Origin: Escherichia coli
GTDB taxonomy: Bacteria; Pseudomonadota; Gammaproteobacteria; Enterobacterales; Enterobacteriaceae
Assembly (NCBI RefSeq): GCF_044647545.1
Contig: NZ_CP172818.1
DNA length: 64,000 nt
Strand: one strand, 5' to 3'
Shown one piece after another: positions 10,494-21,900 of the stretch. Position 1 is the first letter of the stretch; every line of letters begins with the position of its first letter. The notes under the pieces are model-generated. The model ran no database searches. It was not told where the DNA came from and worked only from the letters and a program-made list of their open reading frames with translations. The translations under genes were made by a program, and so were the position numbers.

Positions 10494-12773
10494 TTAATTT
10501 GATGGTTCTAATTCAACCGGAATACTTTTATAGCCAGGAATGCCACTTAATGGATCGTGGTTATCAAGTGTTAGCATGTGATTCGATTCTGGAAAATAGG
10601 TCACCAGTGAGCGGTCAGCCATAGGGTAAATGACCACTTTTAATCTATCCATGCGTCGTGAGCTACGTTTACCGTCTGGCGTGAGTGCAATAAGATTAAC
10701 TCTTTCGCCGTTTTTTACACGGCAAATTTTAGCTTGTTTAGCACTCATAAAGACCACATCTCGTTGACCGAATACACCTCGATAGCGATCATCCATACCA
10801 TAAATCGTCGTGTTGTACTGATCGTGGCTGCGTACTGTCGCCATGACCAGTTTACTGTTAAACGCTGAAGAGGGATCTTCTAACAGCCCTTTGCTGGTAA
10901 TGAAATTAGCCTTACCTGACGGCGTCATCCAGCGCCTTTCAGCAGCTGCGTTTATCAGGTGAAAACCACCAGGATGACGGATGCGCTGGTTATAGTCGGC
11001 AAACTCTGGCAGCACAGCTTCAATGTCATTGCGAATGCGATCATAATCTTCCACCAGATACTCCCAGGCTACCACGCTCTGGGGTAGTGCTGCCTGCGCG
11101 ATTCCCGCGACCACTGCACACTCTGATTTCAGCATTACACCGGCGGGTTTTAACACACCACGCGAGGCATGAATCATCGACATTGAATCTTCAACGGTTA
11201 CCGCCTGCGCACCGCTTTTTTGCATGTCAATCTCGCTACGTCCCAGAACCGGCAGAATATAGCTATGCCGTGCGGTCAGCAGATGAGAGCGGTTAAGCTT
11301 AGTGGCTACGTGTACAGCCAAATCTAATTGCGTTAACGGTACAGCGCTCGCTTCCCGATCTGGCATTGCCAGCGCAAAGTTGCCCCCCATGCAGATCAAT
11401 GCTCGAGCTTGCCCCGTACATATTGCTTGCATGCTGGCAATTGCAGCATGTCCAGGTGCATGAGGTGGGGTGAAACCATAGCGCTCACCCAGGCGAGCCA
11501 GAAACTCTGCAGACGGTTTCTCGGTGATACCGACGGTTCGGTCGCCCTGTACATTAGAGTGACCTCGTAGTGGGCAGATGCCCGCACCAGGCTTGCCAAT
11601 GTTACCTTTCATCAACAGCAGATTGACCAGTTGCTGTACATTCTGGGTACCATGTTCGTGCTGAGTGATCCCCATTCCGTAACAGATAATGGTGCGGTCG
11701 GCAGCGGCATATGCATCAGCCAGTTCGGCGATTTGAGTCTGACTTAGTCCAGAAATACGCTCGATATCTTTCCACTCGGAATTGAGAACGTCACGGCGTA
11801 GCTCGTCAAAGCCGACGGTATGCGTTTGAATAAATTCGTCATCCAGCAATGAGGGCCGACCTGCGGCGCTTGCAGCATCATCGCGCTCAATTAACAGGCG
11901 CATCATCCCCTTGAGCAACGCCATATCACCACCAATGCGCACGTTGTAGTAGGCACTGGCCAACTGAGTCTCAGAGTTCGTCAGCATTTCAAACGGGTTT
12001 TGCGGTGCGGTAAATCGCTCCAGGCCACGTTCCTGTAGAGGATTGATGGCGATCATTTTCGCTCCCCGTTTCACTAAAGCGCGCAACGAACTCAGCATGC
12101 GAGGGTGGTTTGTACCAGGGTTATGCCCAATGCAAATGACTAAATCGCATTTCTCAAAGTCTTCCAGCAACACGGTCCCTTTACCTACACCGATACTCGC
12201 TGCCAAACCCACACTGGTCGGTTCATGGCACATGTTGGAGCAGTCGGGGAAGTTATTGCTCCCGTATTCACGGGCAAAAAGCTGATAAAGAAAGGCAGCT
12301 TCATTGGAAGTGCGGCCCGAAGTATAGAATTCAACCTGATTGGGATCACTATAGCTTTGAAGGCGTTCGCCAATTTCGTCGAAAGCTTGTTGCCAGCTTA
12401 ATGGCTTGTAACAGTCGCTGACGGCATCATATTTCAAAGGCTGGGTGAGACGCCCCGCAGCCTCAAGCTCGTGGTCTCCCCAGGTAAGTAATGATTGAAC
12501 CGTATTCTCAGCAAAGAAAGAGGCGTTTACCTGCTTATCCGTGACTTCCCAGGCGATTGCTTTTGCGCCGTTTTCACAAATGTCGAATGACGCACTGTGC
12601 TTAGGATCTGGCCATGCACAACCCGGACAGTCAAAGCCCTCTGGCTTATTCATGTCAAACATGGCAATAACATCCTGGCGTATATCCATCTGCTTACGTA
12701 CTGCATTCGCTACGGATTTAACAGCACCCCAACCACCGGCAGCCCCCTGGTAGGATTCAATTTTTTTCTTCAT
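10494..12773 (-). CDS. ydeP: molybdopterin oxidoreductase YdeP (formate-dehydrogenase-like), 759 aa
   Basis: 759-aa ORF with N-terminal Cys cluster (CPGCAWPDP...C...C) typical of molybdopterin oxidoreductases; synteny. Confidence 0.9.
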   Translation of the reverse strand: MKKKIESYQGAAGGWGAVKSVANAVRKQMDIRQDVIAMFDMNKPEGFDCPGCAWPDPKHSASFDICENGAKAIAWEVTDKQVNASFFAENTVQSLLTWGDHELEAAGRLTQPLKYDAVSDCYKPLSWQQAFDEIGERLQSYSDPNQVEFYTSGRTSNEAAFLYQLFAREYGSNNFPDCSNMCHEPTSVGLAASIGVGKGTVLLEDFEKCDLVICIGHNPGTNHPRMLSSLRALVKRGAKMIAINPLQERGLERFTAPQNPFEMLTNSETQLASAYYNVRIGGDMALLKGMMRLLIERDDAASAAGRPSLLDDEFIQTHTVGFDELRRDVLNSEWKDIERISGLSQTQIAELADAYAAADRTIICYGMGITQHEHGTQNVQQLVNLLLMKGNIGKPGAGICPLRGHSNVQGDRTVGITEKPSAEFLARLGERYGFTPPHAPGHAAIASMQAICTGQARALICMGGNFALAMPDREASAVPLTQLDLAVHVATKLNRSHLLTARHSYILPVLGRSEIDMQKSGAQAVTVEDSMSMIHASRGVLKPAGVMLKSECAVVAGIAQAALPQSVVAWEYLVEDYDRIRNDIEAVLPEFADYNQRIRHPGGFHLINAAAERRWMTPSGKANFITSKGLLEDPSSAFNSKLVMATVRSHDQYNTTIYGMDDRYRGVFGQRDVVFMSAKQAKICRVKNGERVNLIALTPDGKRSSRRMDRLKVVIYPMADRSLVTYFPESNHMLTLDNHDPLSGIPGYKSIPVELEPSN

Positions 12774-13111
12774 CTACTTATCCTGTGTGGAAATGAATTA
12801 TTAGGATTTGAAATAGCGATGATGCACAGTATATACAAAGGGATTATCGTCAATATGGATATATAAGAGTAGGGGACTACTCTCTTTCTATTTTTAATCT
12901 ATTATCGTTAAATAATAGAATGGTATAAATACGATAAGTTAAGCATCATCTCTCATAGTGTTTAAATTAACATGTTTTTCAATATAAAAAATAAGACTCT
13001 GGCGTTAATTGTGCGCGGATTTTCTTACAGGTGTAGGATAATAGCCTTCACAAAATAATTATCCGCGCAATTTTCGCGAATGGAGCGCATAGACTAAGGT
13101 CAAAATCACAA

Positions 13112-14026
13112 TTATTCATAGATAAAAGTGACACCAATGACTGACTGGACGGTTCCGGCTGCAACCTTGTTTCCTGTTTGTCCATAGGTTGCGCTTAAAC
13201 CCAGAGGTACTTTGCTTTTATTTACTGTCCCCAGGGAGACATTTTCTCCCGTTGCCAGTATTTTTCCATTACGTATCAGAGAGACACCCACTCCCGATGC
13301 TTTTGTTGCATCAGGTGCCGTGTTAGCAAACACTTGTCGGGCACTGTCAGTGGTGGCACCCGAAAGATAAAATGAGAGCTTTTGTTCGCTTGAGCAATAT
13401 ACGCCAAGGGGTATTTCTGCGCTTCCAGGAAAGTCCGGGAGATCCACGGTGACATTACGACTATCAACAGTGCAGCCGCCTGTTGGCATAACAACACTGT
13501 TATTTGAAATAATATTCCACGTAAAATTACGCGGATTTCCGCTTCCTAACGTGGCAATTTTATACATATGAATACGGGCAATAACTTCCCCGGCTTTTAT
13601 GACAACTCCACCGGCCGCCCCGACTGGGGTAATATAGAGTTTTAACGGTAATGGCATCGGTGTCTTATCACCAATATCCAATACGTTGGTATTTGTCGTC
13701 AACGGGAAGGGGTAGGTCACATTATTCCAGTACAGCGATCCCTTATATGACTGTAGAGAGCCTGCGAAAGCTGAGCCTTGTACCAGGTTTATATGATCAG
13801 TGTCGTACCAGCCGCCGTAATCATTCCAGCAACTTATATGCTGAGACAAGTCTACAACCAGATTCTGGCCCGGCTGTATTACAGGGTCGAGATTAACATA
13901 AACAGAGGTTGTACCAGCTCCAATACTTGACCCGCCATCGACATTACAACTGAAGGCAAAAACTTTACCTGCCATTAATAGAAAATAAATACCGAACAGG
14001 ACCTTTATACTGATTGTTTTACCCAT
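13112..14026 (-). CDS. ydeQ: fimbrial adhesin-like protein YdeQ (FimH-like), 304 aa
   Basis: Signal peptide, fimbrial subunit C-terminal beta-strand (VTFIYE), two-domain size typical of tip adhesins. Confidence 0.8.
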   Translation of the reverse strand: MGKTISIKVLFGIYFLLMAGKVFAFSCNVDGGSSIGAGTTSVYVNLDPVIQPGQNLVVDLSQHISCWNDYGGWYDTDHINLVQGSAFAGSLQSYKGSLYWNNVTYPFPLTTNTNVLDIGDKTPMPLPLKLYITPVGAAGGVVIKAGEVIARIHMYKIATLGSGNPRNFTWNIISNNSVVMPTGGCTVDSRNVTVDLPDFPGSAEIPLGVYCSSEQKLSFYLSGATTDSARQVFANTAPDATKASGVGVSLIRNGKILATGENVSLGTVNKSKVPLGLSATYGQTGNKVAAGTVQSVIGVTFIYE

Positions 14027-14085
14027 GATATATCCTAAGGTTAAAAAATTGATTTAAAAAGAAGGCTAAGAAAATCGAATCGACG

Positions 14086-14589
14086 TTATTGCCAGGTGTA
14101 GATCACATTGATTAGCGCCTCGATCGTTCCCTGGCTTGCGTTTCCATTCACCGTGATAGCTCTTGCCTTAAGTGGAAACTGTGCATTACGAGTGATCTCA
14201 TCAACAATAACCGTTTTGCTATCGCCATTTTTTAACGTCGCATCCTGGTCATCCCTCAGCTCTATCTGAATATTTTCGGCAGTACCTTCATTTTTGTAAT
14301 AACCCGTATTGTCAGTTGAACCTGTCACGATTGCCGTCACTGCACTTGTTTCAATCGGACAATCGGTTAATGACAAAGTAATATTGTGCCAGCCAGATGC
14401 AGAACCAGGTTGTTGCAGATTGCGTGTATAAAGATCCCCGAGATTAACGTTAGCTTCTTTGGTTTGAATAGTGCATGGTTTAGCGACTACCCGACCATTA
14501 ACAGTGATAGTGACATCGGCGGCCTGGAGAGTTGCTGTGAATAATGTGCAAAACGTAGCTAACAGGAACCTCTTGTGAAGTCTTTTCAT
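14086..14589 (-). CDS. ydeR: fimbrial minor subunit YdeR, 167 aa
   Basis: Signal peptide plus fimbrial subunit fold length; synteny in ydeQRST cluster. Confidence 0.8.
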   Translation of the reverse strand: MKRLHKRFLLATFCTLFTATLQAADVTITVNGRVVAKPCTIQTKEANVNLGDLYTRNLQQPGSASGWHNITLSLTDCPIETSAVTAIVTGSTDNTGYYKNEGTAENIQIELRDDQDATLKNGDSKTVIVDEITRNAQFPLKARAITVNGNASQGTIEALINVIYTWQ

Positions 14590-14601
14590 ATCTGACTCTG
14601 A

Positions 14602-15132
14602 TTATTGAAATTCAAGGGTAAAGGTTGCCGAAGCGCTCACCAGTCCAGGATTGACGGACTTCTGAGTTGACTTCAAACGAGCGGAGTAAGGCAAAATATT
14701 GTTCTGTTCTGGTACCAATGGGATCCACTGCATCCCGGCATGAAGGTCATTCAATTTCACCGGACGCATATTTCCGTCCAGTATTTCTATACCCAAACCG
14801 GAGGCCGTATTGCTTCCTTCATCCAGTTTCAACAGAGTATTATTTTCTGCATCCTCAATACCGTTAAATGCAACCCGAACTCCCGTTGTCCCTTTGCTGC
14901 ATTCACTTAATGTAATCTGAAAAGGGACGGCTGGACTTGTGCTACCGGTCGTTGGAAATTGTCTGGCACTGTTTTTTTGGAGATCTACGGTAAAATTAAG
15001 CGAATCCGATGAGACTGTGCAGCCATAATCGAGGACGCGCCCGCTAATTTTAATAACGCTATCTGCGGATAAAGCAGAATAGGTGGTTAACCCCAGACAT
15101 AAACCGAGGAAAATAATGTTATTGTATTTCAT
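14602..15132 (-). CDS. ydeS: fimbrial subunit YdeS, 176 aa
   Basis: Signal peptide, conserved Cys pair, C-terminal TFTLEFQ-type strand; synteny. Confidence 0.8.
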   Translation of the reverse strand: MKYNNIIFLGLCLGLTTYSALSADSVIKISGRVLDYGCTVSSDSLNFTVDLQKNSARQFPTTGSTSPAVPFQITLSECSKGTTGVRVAFNGIEDAENNTLLKLDEGSNTASGLGIEILDGNMRPVKLNDLHAGMQWIPLVPEQNNILPYSARLKSTQKSVNPGLVSASATFTLEFQ

Positions 15133-15145
15133 AATCTATTGTTCC

Positions 15146-16294
15146 TTAGCGACAGATTGCTGTCTGCTGGTTCAGTAAGGTACCAGGAGAAACTTCAGGA
15201 AGCTTGTACTCGACAATACAGTTTGAGTTTTTATCTTTGCCCCATGAAACCTGTAATTTCCCTGACTGTGGAAGTCCAGTCAGATAAACCTGACCGTTTT
15301 CCGCGACAATGCTGCCATTTTTATTCTGTCCATGTGTGACAATTGCACCGAATGGAACGCTCTTATTACCGTACTTCAACGTCATTAATACTTTCCCGCC
15401 GATTTGTGCATTAAATGTTGCTCTGGCAATAGCACCGTGAGTTGGGATGACAGTGACAACGGTTTCATCCAGTTCAACATTATCTGCAAGGGAATTCGCG
15501 TTAAGAGCGACACGATTTTCTCTATATTCTGTCGCAAATGGTAATATGGCATAGCCACGCCAGTCGGTATGAATACCGGTCTGGTTCTCTATTTTGACAT
15601 TATCAGCGCCAGGAGCCTTAACCAGAACCATTGTGTCGCCCAGCGGCTGTCCAAAGGTGATGCCATCAGCATGAGCAATAATGCCACCACTCATTCCGTA
15701 ATAAATCTGGCTGCTGTCACCACTCCGACTGTAACCGATATTCGTATTACCGTAAGCTCCACGATAATTAAGAGAACTGTAACCACTGGTGCCAGACGAT
15801 GTATTACCCCCGTGGGTGTTACCGACCTGAACACTATAATTCAGGTTATTATCCGGCAGCAGAGTGCCATAAACTCCCGATAGATTGGTCATGCCGCCTT
15901 TCAAATCGTTTGACATACTGTAACTGGCGTTTGAGTTACGAAATGTCGACTGACTGTCTGTACGCATCCAATGACTGAAGGGAACATTAAGCGTAAAAGC
16001 AAGTAAATGATCCCGATCGTTTTGCCATATATTATTGGAATAGCTGTAATTCAGCGAAGTCGTAATATCACTAAACGGCACATTTAATCCAAATGATATT
16101 TGCTGGTCGCTGCGTGACGTGTTCCAGTAACTTTGGCGACTGGCACTGAAAAATGTCGTACCGTAATTTCCAAGCTGCTGAGAGATGCTTATTTGTTCCT
16201 GACCACGCTTACTGTAGAACAGATTAAAATAATCAATAAATTGTGTCTGCTCATTGCTGTCTCCGGTAGGAGGCTTGACGGTGTAACCACTCAT
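15146..16294 (-). pseudogene. ydeT: fimbrial usher C-terminal fragment (ydeT)
   Basis: 382-aa ORF resembling only the C-terminal third of an outer-membrane usher (full ushers are about 850 aa); no chaperone gene and no usher N-terminus upstream. Confidence 0.7.
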
Positions 16295-16546
16295 TCGACT
16301 GTAGGCACTGTCGGATAAGTTATAAAAACCTTGCGTAGAATAGCGATATCCTGCGACCTGGATATTGGTTCCACAACAAGTTTATTGCAGCACTTGTTGA
16401 AGAGAGTATTTGCAAAGACATTTTATGTCGCTAAATAACATGACGATTTCATTATGCATGTTATTTATAAACCGTGACTAAACAGAATATTATTGCGAAC
16501 AAGGGAAGTGTCAGGAAAGGTCAAGAGCGACCAATGGCTTATATGG

Positions 16547-16975
16547 CTATAAATCATTAGCTATAGTTAATGTTTGCCTGGTGTAACTAACACGGAATTG
16601 CTCTAAACAGATAAGTGCAGGGTTTATTAAAGCTGACCGACAGACTTTCTTAACCTGGTAATATCTCTCAGGTGACTCTCCAAACATCCGCGAATATTCC
16701 CGACAGAAATGGGATAAGCTTTCGTAACCGACAGCATAGGCTGCAGTGGTGACATCGTAATGTTCATTCAGTATCAGTCGCCTGGCTTCATTGAGGCGTA
16801 GCCATTTCTGATACCGGAGTGGACTCATTCCCGCAAGCTGTCTGAAGTGTTGATGGAAAGGGGGGCGTTCATTTGCACGCGGTTTGCCAGCCTGACTCTT
16901 CAACGCAGGGAAGATGCGGCAAACGGCAAACCTGCATACCAGCCAGCCTATATCCGGTATGCACAGGCCAATCAT
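16547..16975 (-). pseudogene. yneL: AraC-family regulator fragment (yneL)
   Basis: ORF contains only an AraC-type HTH region (…RYQKWLRLNEARRLI…GYESLSHFCREYSRMFGESP…) without a sensor domain; position matches K-12 yneL. Confidence 0.6.
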
Positions 16976-17159
16976 GAAAGAGGAGAGGCTTTATGTTCTG
17001 GAACCCTGAAGTAATAACGACGACCGGAAAATCGCTTCGCATCACTCAAATCCAATTTAACATAATATACATTATGCGCACCAACATAAACCAAGGAAGA
17101 ATCCAGTCGTTGGCGGTCATGATTGTCCTGCTCATTAACAACGACCAAAACCCCATATC

Positions 17160-18482
17160 TTACTTAATACCGTATTCTCGGCTTAACCGGTCGTGCAACC
17201 TCAACACATTGGTTTCAACTGCCGTCACCACGTTCTCCGGAAAATCTGTCGGTAATGAAGTCTTCACGTTATCCAGTGCTGCTGGAATCATTCTGGCAAA
17301 GTCACTCAGGATTTCATGCATCTGCACTTCCGGGAATCTCAGCACCTTTGCTGTCGCCAAAAAATGTCGCGGATAAATTTTATCGATTGCCGTTTTTTTG
17401 CCTTTGGATGCGTTAAGCCCCATTGCCAGTTTGAGATCGCTGATGTGTATTCCCGTACCGCCAAGGACCGGAAATGCTGAAATGATGTCGTAAAATGGCG
17501 TGAGTCGATAACTGCCGCCAGCCTGAATAAATACGGAGAAGTTTTTTGCATGACCGTCCGTTGCGCCAATCAACCACTGGAAGACCTGGAATTTCATAAA
17601 ATCATAGCGATCTTTCAGCGCCTCGCTGGACCCCATCAAAAAAGCCATGATCCGCGCGATGCCTGGGCCTCCATCTGATTCATATTTCACCGATGAAGGT
17701 AAACCGAATGTCTGACACATATCCTCCTGTGGCAAGCGAAGTAAAACCGTTCGCTCAGCATTCCAACGCCTGTCAAAACGTTCGACCGCTAACGCGCGCA
17801 CATTTCCCGCTTTAATGATTTCTGCGTCCGGAACATTCAACCCAAGTTCTTTCGCCAGCAGCAGACAGTAATACTCATTATCAACGCTTTGGCTGAGATC
17901 GAGCGTCGCATTGGGCTGCCTGATTTCGCCAATCGGTAATTTAATGATGTGCGTCGTCGGCGTTATTCCTTTCGGAATGCACCAGTCATTGCCTATTCTG
18001 AGCAGTGCTGTCTTCTCCTGTGCGCCAGCAACCGAGATGCGAAAGTCATTTTCTTCTCTAATCATGCCTAGCGGGATATCTGCTTTATAAGCCGTTAATA
18101 CTTCTTCAAGTCTGGCTTCAGTAAGCTTTTCCCATGCCATTATCGGATGCGTTACGGTTTCGTCTTCGGGTATTAACGTCACGGCACCAACGCTGTCTCG
18201 CCCTATTTCTGACAATAAATCAAACGGTTGTCTGGATTTGGCATGATAACGTTTAACGATCCGGTCACGTACAATCGGGCTATCGGGTAACAGGTTATCG
18301 AAGAAGTTAAATACGGCATCAGAGGTGATATTCCCCCTCTGCAATGGCAGCGAAAGTGACAACGGTCTGGCATAACGGCTTGCTAACCACTCCGGTGCAT
18401 ACTTAAAGGTGTGCGCGCCGTTGGCTAACTTCGTTAACTCGCCTACCCGCTGGTTGTTCATCCAAGTGACAAGTTTAGGCAT
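17160..18482 (-). CDS. hipA: HipA serine/threonine kinase toxin, 440 aa
   Basis: ORF track 459 aa; trimmed to MPKLVTWMNNQRVGELT start (440 aa) whose ATG overlaps the hipB stop by 1 nt. Confidence 0.9.
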   Translation of the reverse strand: MPKLVTWMNNQRVGELTKLANGAHTFKYAPEWLASRYARPLSLSLPLQRGNITSDAVFNFFDNLLPDSPIVRDRIVKRYHAKSRQPFDLLSEIGRDSVGAVTLIPEDETVTHPIMAWEKLTEARLEEVLTAYKADIPLGMIREENDFRISVAGAQEKTALLRIGNDWCIPKGITPTTHIIKLPIGEIRQPNATLDLSQSVDNEYYCLLLAKELGLNVPDAEIIKAGNVRALAVERFDRRWNAERTVLLRLPQEDMCQTFGLPSSVKYESDGGPGIARIMAFLMGSSEALKDRYDFMKFQVFQWLIGATDGHAKNFSVFIQAGGSYRLTPFYDIISAFPVLGGTGIHISDLKLAMGLNASKGKKTAIDKIYPRHFLATAKVLRFPEVQMHEILSDFARMIPAALDNVKTSLPTDFPENVVTAVETNVLRLHDRLSREYGIK

Positions 18483-18748
18483 TACCACTCCAGATTTTGC
18501 TGTTCTGTTGATTCTGGCGAGGCATTTTTCGCGTCGCATAGCGTCATTGAGAGTTCAAGCGACTGTAAAATCTTAAAAAATGTCGTGAGCGTGGTATTGT
18601 CAGGGTTGTTTTCGAAATTGGAAATCGTCGCCTGCTTAATACCAATTTTTTTCGCCAGCTCGCTCTGCGTCCAGCCATTTTGCTGGCGAACCAGTTTCAT
18701 TGCATTCGCCAATTGCGTTGGGCTATAGATCTTCTGAAAGCTCATCAT
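18482..18748 (-). CDS. hipB: HipB antitoxin, HTH-XRE DNA-binding protein, 88 aa
   Basis: Trimmed to MMSFQKIYSPTQLANAMKLVRQQNGWTQSELAKKIGIKQATISNFENN... (88 aa); helix-turn-helix motif; immediately upstream of hipA. Confidence 0.9.
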   Translation of the reverse strand: MMSFQKIYSPTQLANAMKLVRQQNGWTQSELAKKIGIKQATISNFENNPDNTTLTTFFKILQSLELSMTLCDAKNASPESTEQQNLEW

Positions 18749-18959
18749 GTCATACGTCCACAGCAAGTTTATCCGCTTAAGGGGATATTATAAGTTTTAT
18801 CCTTTAGTGAGGATAAGTCAATCTGGAAACACATCTTATCCGCTCTACGGGATAAACGCTGCGATATCCGCGATCGCGGATAAAAAGGAGGATTTAAAAG
18901 TCGTTTGAAGTCGGCAATATTAAGCCGCATGCATCTTCGACATGCGGCTTATACGGTTT

Positions 18960-21900
18960 ACCAGCTATATTTCACACCCAGCATGCCCTGAGTATCGCTA
19001 TAGCCTTTATCACCTAGTTGCACACCGACATTCCCCCACAGGCTAAGGTTGTTATTTACTTTCGCCTCAACCCCGGTACGTACTTCACCGAGATTACGCG
19101 CACCATCACGGCTTACGGTTTGACCATTCATCTTCACGGCGTAGACTTTGCTGTTGTTGATCCAGTTCGCTTCAATGTAAGGCTGGAACTCACGCTGTTT
19201 ACCATTGTCACGCTGGTGTAGTCGTCAGCAGAACGGTTATCGGAACTGACGCTGTTATCAAACCAGTTATACAGCGCCCAGCTGTCAACATAAGCGCCGG
19301 TCTTATTCGCATCGTTCTGATACCAGGTCGCGTACAGTCCTGCGCTGTAACCGCTGATGCGCCCATCCGATTTATAACCCACATGATTACTCTGAGTATT
19401 ACTGTGCTGATTGGCATAGCCTGCCATGACGCCGAGATGCCAGCGATCCTGCGCGTTGCTACTCCACTGCGCCAAATCGCCGCCCTTGCCATATTAATGG
19501 CAGAGTCGGAACCGAAAGCAATTTCCCCCCCACGATATCCGTCGTACCCTGATACGCCGCGGAATCGTTGTTAAGAGTCAGGATCCCGGTACCCAGTTTT
19601 GTCACATCACCGCTACCGCTGATACTGTGCGTCATCGCCCAGCTACGCTCAGTGGAGATGGTGAGCAGGCCATTATTGATAACGGAAGCATCACCCAGGT
19701 TTTTCTGCTCGTTGACGCTGAGCGCGCTGCCTGTATCAATGTTGAATTGCCCCACAAAGCGGCTATTATCGCCATCCAGCTCTACATCTGTCCTGGCGGT
19801 TGCGCTCACGATACCCTTCCCGCTTATGCCATTGCGCAGTTCGCCAGTCACGTTTTTTAGCGTTAACAGACCGTTATTGGCAATATTTCCGCTGCCTAAC
19901 CCCTGCGTATTATCGAGGCTGACTTCCGCATTTGGGCTAATGCTGGTTAACGCATTGTAGCGTGCATTAAGCCCCTCGATAGCCAGCGTTCCCCCTGTAA
20001 CATTCAGGTTTCCGCCACCTGTCAGTTCACCCTGACTGATCCCACCTTTATTTACCGTCAGCGCCCCCTCTTTGAACAAAACAGTCGAACCCATCTGCCC
20101 GGTGAATGTCTCTACCGTCTGCGTCGATCCATTAAGATCGACGATGGCCGCGTTGCTGATGTTCAGTTCCCGGGTGTTGCCAAGTGCACCATCCGCATCG
20201 GTACGTAATGTCCCCATCTGAACGTAGGTTGCCCCCTGATAGTCGTTCTGAGCGTTGGAAAGCGAAACCTGTCGCACCGTATTGATTGCCAGATCCCCTT
20301 CACCACCGATTTTTGCCGACATATCGGCCGTTGCGCCATAGGCTCCGCCATGTTCGGCTAACGTCAGCTTTTGCCCTCCATGGATGTTCAGCGCTTTCAG
20401 CCCATAGTTAACGTACAAACCATCACCTGGTGCGGTCGTGAGGCGGAATCCATAATCACCCTCGGCGACCACCGTTCCGTTTTGCGCAATGTGTAACGTT
20501 TTGTCCGCTTCCACCTCGTCGCCCTGTAAATCACGTAACGTTAATGAGCCACCCGACCCAATAACCGTTTGCGCCTTCACCAGTTGAACGCCGACATGGC
20601 TATCATCGTGTTCCAGCAAATTGAGCGTCGTCAGAGGGTTATTCGCCATGGGATCATTCCACGGTTTAGGCACGTCGATAAGCACGTCGCCCGTCCCGTT
20701 TACCTTATAGTTACGGCCTTTCCAGGTGTAGTCACTCGCGCCGACAACCAGCGTATCGACGCTGATATATCCCTCTGCAAGCGTCGCAGCAGGAATATCC
20801 GTATCGAAAATGAGCGTACCGCCATTCATGGCCAGTCCACCAATGGATTGCTCTCCCACGTTTACCGATGTGGTATTTTCAATGTCAGACTGCAACATCG
20901 CGTGAGTAAGCGCAGCGGTGTTGTCGCGTTCCAGAGTGAAGGTACTGTCTTTCAGTTGGGCAACACCGGCGAATTCAGTCCCTGTTGCATGGGTAAAGCC
21001 AAACATCTTGTCGGAGGATGACAGCTGCACTCGCATCAAGCCATCGCCTTTGAGCGCATTGGTCAGCGTGTAATCTCCTGCGCTGTTCGTTGATGCGAGA
21101 ATGTCGAGCGTACCGGGGCTTGCAATGGTGACTTCACTCGAACCCATGCCTGTTACCCCATCTGCCGTATGTGACGCAATAGTCAGGAGGCCGTCATTGA
21201 CCAGCGTTTTACCGCTATAAGTATTCCCTGCATTGAACACCGTATGGCCTGCATCATGCATCACTTTTCCGTCTTTATCGTCACCCGTAATCAGCATATC
21301 GACCTGGTAGCCGGCATCACTGTTATTGGTATGATTAAAGACAAAAACGCCTTCGCCAAGACCAAACTCCACTTTCGTCGCATTGGTAATAAACCCGGCA
21401 TCTGCCGCTACCTCACCGTGAGCAGCACCAATGTTTAGCGTTCCTACAGCAGGCTCAAAAACACCTAAGTAAACTTCTCCACCTTCGACATTCAGCGTGC
21501 CGTTATTCGTCAGGGTTAACGTACCTGTGCCAGTCGTCCCTACGTTCATATTGAATGTTTCAAGAAGAGAGTTCTGCCCATCCACCCGCACGTCGCCCTT
21601 ACTTTTGTCATTCAGAGCTATCTGTGTATCACGCGCTTTAACTATACCTCCGGTGGTAATATTCAGTTCACCCGTGCCTAATACACCGACCTGTAGCAAT
21701 TGGGCGTTAGTAGATGACGTTTTTAAATTCCAGAGACTATGCGTTGAAATATTAACTATCCCCTTACCGGAGGCATTTCCTCCGATAAATCCATAGCCCG
21801 TTGAATTAAGGGTGGCACCATTACTGACATTTACGATGCCGCTACCAAAATTACCGACATTGATACCTACAGTATCGAACGATGATGTCGCATCCATCAG

